Assembly: GCF_009914755.1 (NCBI RefSeq)
Contig: NC_060939.1
Source of the DNA: the human T2T-CHM13v2.0 reference genome, Homo sapiens
Length of the DNA: 64,000 nt
Strand: one strand, 5' to 3'
The translations under genes and the position numbers were made by a program. The notes below the pieces were generated by a model. That model had not been told where the DNA came from. It saw only the letters and a list, made by a program, of their open reading frames with translations, and ran no database searches. This document shows, in pieces, positions 28,325-42,800 of the stretch (positions are counted from its first letter, which is position 1; every line of letters begins with the position of its first letter).

Positions 28325-31300
28325 TCCTTTCCATTCGAGTCCATTCCACTCCACTCCATTCCATTCGAATACATTTCACTCCATTTGAATTCATTTCACT
28401 CCAGTCCATTAAATTCGAGTACATTCCATTCCATTCTATTCAATGCCATTCCATTCGATTCTATTCCTTTTGACACCATTCCGTTCCATCCGATTCCATT
28501 CCATTGTATTCCATTCAATTCCATTCCATTGCATTCCATTCCATTCCATTCGTTTCCATTTCATTCTAATTCATTCCGCTCAAGTGCATTCCATTCGAGT
28601 CCATTCCCTTCCAGTCCATTCCAATAGAGTCCATTGCTTTCCATTCCATTCGATATCTTCCCATTACAGTCCATTCCATTCTATTCCTTTGGTTCCCATT
28701 CAATTCAATTCCATTTGATTACATTTCATTTGATTACATTCCATTCGACTCCATTCCATTCGAGTCCATTCCATTCCAGTCCATTCCATTCGATTCCATT
28801 CCATTCGATTCCATTCCACTCATTTCCACTCCGTTGCATTCCATTGCATTCCATTCTATTCCATTCCATTGCATTCCATTCCTTTCGATTCCATTCCATT
28901 CGAATCAATTACATTGCAATGCATTACTTTCATGCCCTTTCTATTAAAGTCCAATGCATTATGGTCCATTCCATTCAATTCCATTCTATTCCATTCCATT
29001 CGAATCAATTACATTGCAATCCATCACATTCAAGTACCTTCTGTTCCAGTCCATTCAATTCTGGTCTATTCCATTCAATTCCATTCCCTTTGTTTCCATT
29101 CCATTCTTGTACATTCCATTGGATTCCATCTCATTGAAATAAGTTCTATTCGAGACCATTTCTTCGAGTCCAATCAATTTGAGTCCATTCCATTCGAGTC
29201 CATTACATCTGGGTCTATTCCATTCCATCCCATTCCATTCGATGCCATTCAATTTGATTCTTTTCCTTTCGGCTCCATTCCTTTCCTTTCAGTTCCATCG
29301 GATTCCATTCCATTCTATTCCTTTCCATTTCATTGCATTCCATTCCATTCCACTGGAGACCATTCCACTTCAGTGCATTCCATTCCAGTGTATTCCATTC
29401 CATTCCATTCCATTCCATTCCATTCCATTCCATTCCATTCCATTCCATTCCATTCCATTCGATATCTTTCCATTACACTCCATTCCATTGTATTCCTTTA
29501 CAGTCCATTCATTTCCATTCTATTCGATTCCATTCAATTCAATTCCATTACATTCGACTCCATTTCATTCGAGTCCATTGCTATCCATTTCATTCCAATT
29601 CTTTCTGTTCTATTCCATTCCGTTCGATTCCATTTTGTTCCAGTCCATTCCATTCGAGTCCATTGCTTTCCAGTGCAATTCATTTGATTCCACTCCATTC
29701 GATTCCATTCCACTCAATTCCACTCCGTTCCATTCCTTTGCGTTCCTTTCTCTTCCATTCCATTGCATTCCATTCCATTCCATTCCATTTGTTTACATTC
29801 CATTGAATTCCAATCCAGTTGAATCAATTACATTGCAGTCCATTACATTCGAGTCTGTTCTATCCCAGTTCATTTGATTCTGGTGCATTCCATTGGATTC
29901 CTTTCCATTCGATACCATTCCATACTATTGCATTCCATTCGATTCCATTGTTTTCGAATAAATTCCAATCGAGACCATTCCTTTCGTGTCCATTCTATTT
30001 GACTCTATTCCATTTGAGTCCAATAAATTTGTGAACATTCCATTCCTTTCCATTCCATTCCATTCCATTCCATTCGGTGCCATTCCATTCCACTCTATTC
30101 CATTCAAGTCCATTCTATTTGATTCCATTCCATTCCATTCGATGCCATTACATTCAATTCTATTCCATTCGACTCCATTCAATTCCATTCTCTTCCAAAC
30201 GATTCCATTCCATTCTATTACTTTCTATTCCAATCCATTCCATTCCTTTCCATTCGTTTCCATTCCATTCGAGTCCACTCCACTCCAGTCCATTCCATTC
30301 CAGGCCATTCCATTCAAGTCCATTCCACTCCATTCCATTCCATTCGATATCTTTCAATAACACCCCATTCCATTCTGTTCCTTACAAATCAATTCAATTC
30401 CATTCCATTTGATTCCATTAAATTCGATTACATTCCATTCGACTCCATTCCATTCGACTCTATTCCATTCAAGTCCATTCCATTCCATTCCATTGCATTC
30501 CGTTCGAATCCCTATTCCATTGCATTTTGTTCCAGTCCATTCCATTTGAGTCCATTCCATGCCAAATCATTCCACTTGATTCCATTCCAATCGATTCCAT
30601 TGCACTCGAATCCAGTGCGTTCCATTCCATTGCTTTCCATTCTATTACATTCCATTGCATTACTTTGCATTCCATTTGATTACATTCCTTTCGATTGCAT
30701 TAATTTCGAATCAATTACATTGCAATCCATTGCATTCGAGTTCTATTCCAGTCCATTCCAGTCCATTCAAATCAGGCCCATTCCGTTCCATTCCATTCCA
30801 TTCGATTCCATTCCATTCGAATCGATTGCATTGCAATGCTTTACATTCAAGTCTGTTTTATTCCAGTCCAATCCATTCCGGTCCATTCCGTTCGATTCCA
30901 TTCCATTCGATGCCATTCCATACTATTGTATTTCATTCGATTCCATTCTATTCAAATAAATTCCACTCGAGACCATTCCTTTGAGTCCATTCTATTTGAG
31001 TCCATTCCATTCGAGTCCATTACATTTGGGTCCATTCCATTCAATTCCAATGCAATCCATTCCATTCGATGTCACTCCATTCATTTTTATTCCATTAGAA
31101 TCCATGTCATTCGAGTCCATTCCATTCTATTCCATTCCACTCCATTCCATTCCATTCCACTCCATTCCATTCGTTGCCATTCCATTCAATTCTATTATAT
31201 TCCACTCCATTTAATTCCATTCCATTCCATTCCATTCTATCCAATTCCGTTCCATTCTATTCCTTTAAATTCTTCCATTCCATTCCATTCGTTTCCATTC

Positions 31301-33132
31301 CATTCGAGTAAAGTCCACTCCAGTCCTTTCCATTCGAGTCCATTCCTCTCCAGTGAATTCCGTTCAATCCATTCCATTCCAGTCCATTCCATTCTAGTCC
31401 GTTCCATTCCAGTCCATTCCATTAGAGTCAATTCGATTCAATTCGATATCTTTCCATAACGATCCATTCCATTCTATTCCTTTCGATTCCATTCCATTCT
31501 ATTTCATTCCATTTGATTCCCTTCCATTGGACTCCTTTCCATTCGAGTGCATTCCATTCCGTTCCATTTCTTTCCGTTCTGTACAATTCCTACCGTTCGA
31601 TTTCATTTTGTTCCAGTCCATTCCTTTCGCGTCCATTCCATTCCATTTCACTCCATTCGATTCCATTCCATTCGATTCCATTCCACTCGATTCCACTTCG
31701 TTCCATTTCATTGCATTCCATTCTATTCACCTCTATTGCCTTCCATTCCATTCCATTCGATTACATTCCATGCGATTCCATTCGAAATTGAATCAATTAC
31801 ATTGCTATCCATTACTATTGAGTCCGTTTTATTCCAGTCCACTGCATTCTGGTCCATTCCATTTGATTCCATTCCATTCTATTCCATTCCATACAGTTGC
31901 ATTCCATTGGATTCCATTCTATATCTATAAATTCAATTCGAGACCATTGCTTTTGAGTCCATTCTATATGATTCCATTCCATTCAAGTCCATTACATTTG
32001 GTTCAATTCCATTCCATTCCCTTCCATTCCATTCCATTTGATATCAATCCATTCGATTCCATTCCATTCGAGCACATTCCATTCGAGTCCATTCCATTCG
32101 ATGCCATTCCATTTGATTCTATTCCATTAGTCTCCTTTCAATTCCATTAATCTCCATTCCATTCCATTCTACTCCAACTGATTCCATTCCATTCTATTCC
32201 TTTCCATTCCATTTCATTCCATTCCATTCCATTTCATTCCATTCCATTCCATTCGCTTCCATTCCGTTCGTGTACATTCCACTCCAGTCCATTCCATTCG
32301 TGTCCATTCCATTCCAGTCCATTCCATTTGTGTCCACTGCATTCCATTACACTCCATTCCATATTATTCCATTACACTCCATTCCATTCTATTACTTTCA
32401 TTTCCATTCAATTCCATTCCATTTGATTCCATTCCACTCGCTTTCATTCCATTTCAGTCCATTCCATTCCATTCCATTCCATTCCATTCCATTCCATTCC
32501 GTTCCATTCCTTTCAGTTCCATTCCATTCTGTTCCATTCCATTCCATTCCATTCGGTACCATTCCATATTGTTCCCTTCGATTCCATTCGAATCCATTCC
32601 ATTCCAGTCCATTCCATTCGATTCCATTCCATTCCTTTCAATTCCATTCCATTCCATTCCATTCCACTTGATTCCACTCCATTCCCTTCCACTGCATTCC
32701 ATTCGATTCCATTCCATTGCATTGGCTTGCATTCCATTCGATTCCATTCCATTCGAATCAATTACATAGCAATCCATTACATTCGAGTCTATTCTATTCC
32801 GTTCCATTCGATTTCGTTCCAATCCATTCGATTCCATTCCATTCGATTCCATTCCATACTATTGCATTCCATTCGATTAAATTATATTCGAATAAGTTCC
32901 ATTCAAGACCATTTCTTTTGAGTCCATTCTATTTGAGTCCATTCCCTTTGATTCCATAACATTTGAGTCCATTCAATTCCATTCCTTTCGTTTCCATTCC
33001 ATCTGATGCCATTCCATTCAATTCTGTTCTACTCGACTCCAATACATTCAATTCCATTCCATCCGATTCCATTACATTCTTTTCATTTCTTATCCATTTC
33101 AAGCCATTCCATTCCTTTCCATTCCACTCGTT
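28325..33132 (+). repeat. Short unit S5 (4808 bp, variant Y)
   Basis: ORF set matches S3 at +9631. Confidence 0.85.
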
Positions 33133-36100
33133 TCCTTTCCATTCGAGTCCATTCCACTCCACTCCATTCCATTCGAATACATTTCACTCCATTTGAATTC
33201 ATTTCACTCCAGTCCATTAAATTCGAGTACATTCCATTCCATTCTATTCAATGCCATTCCATTCGATTCTATTCCTTTTGACACCATTCCTTTCCATTCC
33301 ATTCCATCCGATTCCATTCCATTGTATTCCATTCAATTCCATTCCATTGCATTCCATTCCATTCCATTCGTTTCCAATTCATTCTAATTCATTCCGCTCA
33401 AGTCCATTCCATTCGAGTCCATTCCCTTCCAGTCCATTCCAATAGAGTCCATTGCTTTCCATTCCATTCGATATCTTCCCATTACAGTCCCTTCCATTCT
33501 ATTCCTTTGGTTCCCATTCAATTCAATTCCATTTGATTACATTTCATTTGATTACATTCCATTCGACTCCATTCCATTCGAGTCCATTCCATTCCAGTCC
33601 ATTCCATTCGATTCCATTCCATTCGATTCCATTCCACTCATTTCCACTCCGTTGCATTCCATTGCATTCCATTCTATTCCATTCCATTGCATTCCATTCC
33701 TTTCGATTCCATTCCATTCGAATCAATTACATTGCAATGCATTACTTTCATGCCCTTTCTATTAAAGTCCAATGCATTATGGTCCATTCCATTCAATTCC
33801 ATTCTATTCCATTCCATTCGAATCAATTACATTGCAATCCATCACATTCAAGTACCTTCTGTTCCAGTCCATTCAATTCTGGTCTATTCCATTCAATTCC
33901 ATTCCCTTTGTTTCCATTCCATTCTTGTACATTCCATTGGATTCCATCTCATTGAAATAAGTTCTATTCGAGACCATTTCTTCGAGTCCAATCAATTTGA
34001 GTCCATTCCATTCGAGTCCATTACATCTGGGTCTATTCCATTCCATCCCATTCCATTCGATGCCATTCAATTTGATTCTTTTCCTTTCGGCTCCATTCCT
34101 TTCCTTTCAGTTCCATCGGATTCCATTCCATTCTATTCCTTTCCATTTCATTGCATTCCATTCCATTCCACTGGAGACCATTCCACTTCAGTGCATTCCA
34201 TTCCAGTGTATTCCATTCCATTCCATTCCATTCCATTCCATTCCATTCGATATCTTTCCATTACACTCCATTCCATTGTATTCCTTTACAGTCCATTCAT
34301 TTCCATTCTATTCGATTCCATTCAATTCAATTCCATTACATTCGACTCCATTTCATTCGAGTCCATTGCTATCCATTTCATTCCAATTCTTTCTGTTCTA
34401 TTCCATTCCGTTCGATTCCATTTTGTTCCAGTCCATTCCATTCGAGTCCATTGCTTTCCAGTGCAATTCATTTGATTCCACTCCATTCGATTCCATTCCA
34501 CTCAATTCCACTCCGTTCCATTCCTTTGCGTTCCTTTCTCTTCCATTCCATTGCATTCCATTCCATTCCATTCCATTTGTTTACATTCCATTGAATTCCA
34601 ATCCAGTTGAATCAATTACATTGCAGTCCATTACATTCGAGTCTGTTCTATCCCAGTTCATTCGATTCTGGTGCATTCCATTGGATTCCTTTCCATTCGA
34701 TACCATTCCATACTATTGCATTCCATTCGATTCCATTGTTTTCGAATAAATTCCAATCGAGACCATTCCTTTCGTGTCCATTCTATTTGACTCCATTCCA
34801 TTTGAGTCCAATAAATTTGTGAACATTCCATTCCTTTCCATTCCATTCCATTCCATTCCATTCGGTGCCATTCCATTCCACTCTATTCCATTCAAGTCCA
34901 TTCTATTTGATTCCATTCCATTCCATTCGATGCCATTACATTCAATTCTATTCCATTCGACTCCATTCAATTCCATTCTCTTCCAAACGATTCCATTCCA
35001 TTCTATTACTTTCTATTCCAATCCATTCCATTCCTTTCCATTCGTTTCCATTCCATTCGAGTCCACTCCACTCCAGTCCATTCCATTCCAGGCCATTCCA
35101 TTCAAGTCCATTCCACTCCATTCCATTCCATTCGATATCTTTCAATAACACCCCATTCCATTCTGTTCCTTACAAATCAATTCAATTCCATTCCATTTGA
35201 TTCCATTAAATTCGATTACATTCCATTCGACTCCATTCCATTCGACTCTATTCCATTCAAGTCCATTCCATTCCATTCCATTGCATTCCGTTCGAATCCC
35301 TATTCCATTGCATTTTGTTCCAGTCCATTCCATTTGAGTCCATTCCATGCCAAATCATTCCATTTGATTCCATTCCAATCGATTCCATTGCACTCGAATC
35401 CAGTGCGTTCCATTCCATTGCTTTCCATTCTATTACATTCCATTGCATTACTTTGCATTCCATTTGATTACATTCCTTTCGATTGCATTAATTTCGAATC
35501 AATTACATTGCAATCCATTGCATTCGAGTTCTATTCCAGTCCATTCCAGTCCATTCAAATCAGGCCCATTCCGTTCCATTCCATTCCATTCGATTCCATT
35601 CCATTCGAATCGATTGCATTGCAATGCTTTACATTCAAGTCTGTTTTATTCCAGTCCAATCCATTCCGGTCCATTCCGTTCGATTCCATTCCATTCGATG
35701 CCATTCCATACTATTGTATTTCATTCGATTCCATTCTATTCAAATAAATTCCACTCGAGACCATTCCTTTGAGTCCATTCTATTTGAGTCCATTCCATTC
35801 GAGTCCATTACATTTGGGTCCATTCCATTCAATTCCAATGCAATCCATTCCATTCGATTTCACTCCATTCATTTTTATTCCATTAGAATCCATGTCATTC
35901 GAGTCCATTCCATTCTATTCCATTCCACTCCATTCCATTCCATTCCACTCCATTCCATTCGTTGCCGTTCCATTCAATTCTATTATATTCCACTCCATTT
36001 AATTCCATTCCATTCCATTCCATTCTATCCAATTCCGTTCCATTCTATTCCTTTAAATTCTTCCATTCCATTCCATTCGTTTCCATTCCATTCGAGTAAA

Positions 36101-39100
36101 GTCCACTCCAGTCCTTTCCATTCGAGTCCATTCCTCTCCAGTGCATTCCGTTCAATCCATTCCATTCCAGTCCATTCCATTCGAGTCCGTTCCATTCCAG
36201 TCCATTCCATTCGAGTCAATTCCATTCAATTCGATATCTTTCCATAACGATCCATTCCATTCTATTCCTTTCGATTCCATTCCATTCTATTTCATTCCAT
36301 TCGATTCCCTTCCATTGGACTCCTTTCCATTCGAGTGCATTCCATTCCGTTTCATTTCTTTCCGTTCTGTACAATTCCTACCGTTCGATTTCATTTTGTT
36401 CCAGTCCATTCCTTTCGCGTCCATTCCATTCCATTTCACTCCATTCGATTCCATTCCATTCGATTCCATTCCACTCGATTCCACTTCGTTCCATTTCATT
36501 GCATTCCATTCTATTCACCTCTATTGCCTTCCATTCCATTCCATTCGATTACATTCCATGCGATTCCATTCGAAATTGAATCAATTACATTGCTATCCAT
36601 TACTATTGAGTCCGTTTTATTCCAGTCCACTGCATTCTGGTCCATTCCATTTGATTCCATTCCATTCTATTCCATTCCATACAGTTGCATTCCATTGGAT
36701 TCCATTCTATATCTATAAATTCAATTCGAGACCATTGCTTTTGAGTCCATTCTATATGATTCCATTCCATTCAAGTCCATTACATTTGGTTCAATTCCAT
36801 TCCATTCCATTCCCTTCCATTCCATTCCATTTGATATCAATCCATTCGATTCCATTCCATTCGAGCACATTCCATTCGAGTCCATTCCATTCGATGCCAT
36901 TCCATTTGATTCTATTCCATTAGTCTCCTTTCAATTCCATTAATCTCCATTCCATTCCATTCTACTCTAACTGATTCCATGCCATTCTATTCCTTTCCAT
37001 TCCATTTCATTCCATTCCATTCCATTTCATTCCATTCCATTCCATTCGCTTCCATTCCATTCGTGTCCATTCCACTCCAGTCCATTCCATTCGTGTCCAT
37101 TCCATTCCAGTCCATTCCATTTGTGTCCACTGCATTCCATTCCACTCCATTCCATATTATTCCATTACACTCCATTCCATTCTGTTACTTTCATTTCCAT
37201 TCAATTCCATTGCATTTGATTCCATTCCACTCGGTTTCATTCCATTTGAGTCCATTCCATTCCATTCCATTCCATTCCATTCCGTTCCATTCCTTTCAGT
37301 TCCATTCCATTCCGTTCCATTGCATTCCGTTCCATTCCATTCCATTCCATTCCATTCCGTTCCATTCCATTCCGTTCCATTCCATTCCATTCCATTCCAT
37401 TCCATTCCATTCCATTCGGTAACATTCCATATTGTTCCATTCGATTCCATTTGAATCCATCCATTCCAGTCCATTCCATTCGATTCCAATCCATTCCTTT
37501 CAATTCCCTTCCATTCCATTCCATTCCACTTGATTCCACTCCATTCCCTTCCACTGCATTTCATTCGATTCCTTTCCATTGCATTGCATTCCATTCCTTT
37601 GGATTGCATTCCATTCGATTCCATTCCATTCGAATCAATTACATAGCAATCCATTACATTCGAGTCTATTCTATTCCGTTCCATTCGATTTCGTTCCAAT
37701 CCATTCGATTCCATTCCATTCGATTCCATTCCATGCTATTGCATTCCATTCGATTACATTATATTCGAATAAGTTCCATTCAAGACCATTTCTTTTGAGT
37801 CCATTCTATTTGAGTCCATTCCCTTTGATTCCATAACATTTGAGTCCATTCAATTCCATTCCTTTCGTTTCCATTCCATTTGATGCCATTCCATTCAATT
37901 CTGTTCTACTCGACTCCAATACATTCAATTCCATTCCATCCGATTCCATTACATTCTTTTCATTTCTTATCCATTTCAAGCCATTCCATTCCATTCCATT
38001 CCACTCGTTTCCTTTCCATTCGAGTCCATTCCTCTCCAGTCCATTCCGTTCAATCCATTCCATTCCAGTCCATTCCATTCGAGTCCATTCCCTTCCAGTC
38101 CATTCCATTCGAGTCAATTCCATTCCATTCGATGTCTTTCCATAACGATCCATTCCATTCTATTCCTTTCGATTCCATTCCATTCTATTTCATTCCATTC
38201 GATTCCCTTCCATTGGACTCCTTTCCATTCGAGTGCATTCCATTCCGTTCCGTTTCTTTCCGTTCTGTACGATTCCTACCGTTCGATTTCATTTTGTTCC
38301 AGTCCATTCCTTTCGCGTCCATTCCATTCCATTTCATTCCATTCGATTCCATTCCACTCGATTCCACTTCGTTCCATTTCATTGCATTCCGTTCTATTCA
38401 ACTCTATTGCCTTCCATTCCATTCCATTCGATTACATTCCATGCGATTCCATTTGAAATCGAATCAATTACATTGCAATCCATTACTATTGAGTCCGTTT
38501 TATTCCAGTCCACTGCATTCTGGTCCATTCCATTTGATTCCATTCCATTCTATTCCATTCCATACAGTTGCATTCCATTGGATTCCATTCTATATCTATA
38601 AATTCAATTCGAGGCCATTACTTTTGAGTCCATTCTATATGATTCCATTCCATTCAAGTCTATTACATTTGGTACAATTCCCTTCCATTCCATTCCCTTC
38701 CATTCCATTCCATTTGATATCAATCCATTCGATTCCATTCCATTCGAGCACATTCCATTCGAGTCCATTCCATTCGATGCCATTCCATTTGATTCTATTC
38801 CATTAGTCTCCATTCAATTCCATTAATCTCCATTCCATTCCATTCTACTCCAACTGATTCAATTCCATTCTATTCCTTTCCATTCCATTTCATTCCATTC
38901 CATTCCATTCTATTCCATTCCATTCCATTTCATTCCATTCCATTCCATTCGCTTCCATTCCATTCGTGTCCATTCCACTCCAGTCCATTCCATTCGTGTC
39001 CATTCCATTCCAGTCCATTCCATTTGTGTCCACTGCATTCCATTCCACTCCATTCCATATTATTCCATTACACTCCATTCCATTCTATTACTTTCATTTC

Positions 39101-39878
39101 CATTCAATTCCATTCCATTTGATTCCTTTCCACTCGGTTTCATTCCATTTGAATCCATTCCATTCCATTCCATTCCATTCCGTTCCATTCCATTCCATTC
39201 CGTTCCATTCCTTTCAGTTCCATTCCATTCTGTTCCATTCCATTCCATTCCATTCCATTCCATTCCATTCCATTCCATTCCATTCGGTACCATTCCATAT
39301 TGTTCCATTTGATTCCATTCGAATCCATTCCATTCCAGTCCATTCCATTCGATTCCATTCCATTCCTTTCAATTCCATTCCATTCCATTCCATTCCACTT
39401 GATTCCACTCCATTCCCTTCCACTGCATTCCATTCGATTCCATTCCATTGCATTGCATTCCATTCCATTGGATTGCATTCCATTCGATTCCATTCCATTC
39501 GAATCAATTACATAGCAATCCATTACATTCGAGTCTATTCTATTGTGTTCCATTCGATTTCGTTCCAATCCATTCGATTCCATTCCATTCGATTCCATTC
39601 CATACTATTGCATTCCATTCGATTAAATTATATTCGAATAATTTCCATTCAAGACCATTTCTTTTGAGTCCATTCTATTTGAGTCCATTCCCTTTGATTC
39701 CATAACATTTGAGTCCATTCAATTCCATTCCTTTCGTTTCCATTCCATCTGATGCCATTCCATTCAATTCTGTTCTACTCGACTCCAATACATTCAATTC
39801 CATTCCATCCGATTCCATTACATTCTTTTCATTTCTTATCCATTTCAAGCCATTCCATTCCTTTCCATTCCACTCGTT
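33133..39878 (+). repeat. Long unit L2 (6746 bp), S-to-L junction unit; T from 36112, T' from 38010
   Basis: Spacing 33452->40198. X-type S markers to about 33490, L-type alleles by about 34660. Confidence 0.85.
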
Positions 39879-42800
39879 TCCTTTCCATTCGAGTCCATTC
39901 CACTCCACTCCATTCCATTCGAATACATTTCACTCCAGTCCATTCCATTCGAATTCATTTCACTCCAGTCCATTAAATTCGAGTACATTCCATTCCATTC
40001 TATTCAATGCCATTCCATTCGATTCTATTCCTTTTGACACCATTCCGTTCCATCCGATTCCATTCCATTGTATTCCATTCAATTCCATTCCATTGCATTC
40101 CATTCCATTCCATTCGTTTCCATTTCATTCTAATTCATTCCGCTCAAGTGCATTCCATTCGAGTCCATTCCCTTCCAGTCCATTCCAATAGAGTCCATTG
40201 CTTTCCATTCCATTCGATATCTTCCCATTACAGTCCATTCCATTCTATTCCTTTGGTTCCCATTCAATTCAATTCCATTTGATTACATTTCATTTGATTA
40301 CATTCCATTCGACTCCATTCCATTTGAGTCCATTCCATTCCAGTCCATTCCATTCGATTCCATTCCATTCGATTCCATTCCACTCATTTCCACTCCGTTG
40401 CATTCCATTGCATTCCATTCTATTCCATTCCATTGCATTCCATTCCTTTCGATTCCATTCCATTCGAATCAATTACATTGCAATGCATTACTTTCATGCC
40501 CTTTCTATTAAAGTCCAATGCATTATGGTCCATTCCATTCAATTCCATTCTATTCCATTCCATTCGAATCAATTACATTGCAATCCATCACATTCAAGTA
40601 CCTTCTGTTCCAGTCCATTCAATTCTGGTCTATTCCATTCAATTCCATTCCCTTTGTTTCCATTCCATTCTTGTACATTCCATTGGATTCCATCTAATTG
40701 AAATAAGTTCTATTCGAAACCATTTCTTCGAGTCCAATCAATTTGAGTCCATTCCATTCGAGTCCATTACATCTGGGTCTATTCCATTCCATCCCATTCC
40801 ATTCGATGCCATTCAATTTGATTCTTTTCCTTTCGGCTCCATTCCTTTCCTTTCAGTTCCATCGGATTCCATTCCATTCTATTCCTTTCCATTTCATTGC
40901 ATTCCATTCCATTCCACTAGAGACCATTCCACTTCAGTGCATTCCATTCCAGTGTATTCCATTCCAGTGTATTCCATTCCATTCCATTCCATTCCATTCC
41001 ATTCCATTCCATTCCATTCGATATCTTTCCATTACACTCCATTCCATTGTATTCCTTTACAGTCCATTCATTTCCATTCTATTCGATTCCATTCAATTCA
41101 ATTCCATTACATTCGACTCCATTTCATTCGAGTCCATTGCTATCCATTTCATTCCAATTCTTTCTGTTCTATTCCATTCCGTTCGATTCCATTTTGTTCC
41201 AGTCCATTCCATTCGAGTCCATTGCTTTCCAGTGCAATTCATTTGATTCCACTCCATTCGATTCCATTCCACTCAATTCCACTCCGTTCCATTCCTTTGC
41301 GTTCCTTTCTCTTCCATTCCATTGCATTCCATTCCATTCCATTCCATTTGTTTACATTCCATTGAATTCCAATCCAGTTGAATCAATTACATTGCAGTCC
41401 ATTACATTCGAGTCTGTTCTATCCCAGTTCATTCGATTCTGGTGCATTCCATTGGATTCCTTTCCATTCGATACCATTCCATACTATTGCATTCCATTCG
41501 ATTCCATTGTTTTCGAATAAATTCCAATCGAGACCATTCCTTTCGTGTCCATTCTATTTGACTCCATTCCATTTGAGTCCAATAAATTTGTGAACATTCC
41601 ATTCCTTTCCATTCCATTCCATTCCATTCCATTCGGTGCCATTCCATTCCACTCTATTCCATTCAAGTCCATTCTATTTGATTCCATTCCATTCCATTCG
41701 ATGCCATTACATTCAATTCTATTCCATTCGACTCCATTCAATTCCATTCTCTTCCAAACGATTCCATTCCATTCTATTACTTTCTATTCCAATCCATTCC
41801 ATTCCTTTCCATTCGTTTCCATTCCATTCGAGTCCACTCCACTCCAGTCCATTCCATTCCAGGCCATTCCATTCAAGTCCATTCCACTCCATTCCATTCC
41901 ATTCGATATCTTTCAATAACACCCCATTCCATTCTGTTCCTTACAAATCAATTCAATTCCATTCCATTTGATTCCATTAAATTCGATTACATTCCATTCG
42001 ACTCCATTCCATTCGACTCTATTCCATTCAAGTCCATTCCATTCCATTCCATTGCATTCCGTTCGAATCCCTATTCCATTGCATTTTGTTCCAGTCCATT
42101 CCATTTGAGTCCATTCCATGCCAAATCATTCCATTTGATTCCATTCCAATCGATTCCATTGCACTCGAATCCAGTGCGTTCCATTCCATTGCTTTCCATT
42201 CTATTACATTCCATTGCATTACTTTGCATTCCATTTGATTACATTCCTTTCGATTGCATTAATTTCGAATCAATTACATTGCAATCCATTGCATTCGAGT
42301 TCTATTCCAGTCCATTCCAGTCCATTCAAATCAGGCCCATTCCGTTCCATTCCATTCCATTCGATTCCATTCCATTCGAATCGATTGCATTGCAATGCTT
42401 TACATTCAAGTCTGTTTTATTCCAGTCCAATCCATTCCGGTCCATTCCGTTCGATTCCATTCCATTCGATGCCATTCCATACTATTGTATTTCATTCGAT
42501 TCCATTCTATTCAAATAAATTCCACTCGAGACCATTCCTTTGAGTCCATTCTATTTGAGTCCATTCCATTCGAGTCCATTACATTTGGGTCCATTCCATT
42601 CAATTCCAATGCAATCCATTCCATTCGATTTCACTCCATTCATTTTTATTCCATTAGAATCCATGTCATTCGAGTCCATTCCATTCTATTCCATTCCACT
42701 CCATTCCATTCCATTCCACTCCATTCCATTCGTTGCCGTTCCATTCAATTCTATTATATTCCACTCCATTTAATTCCATTCCATTCCATTCCATTCTATC

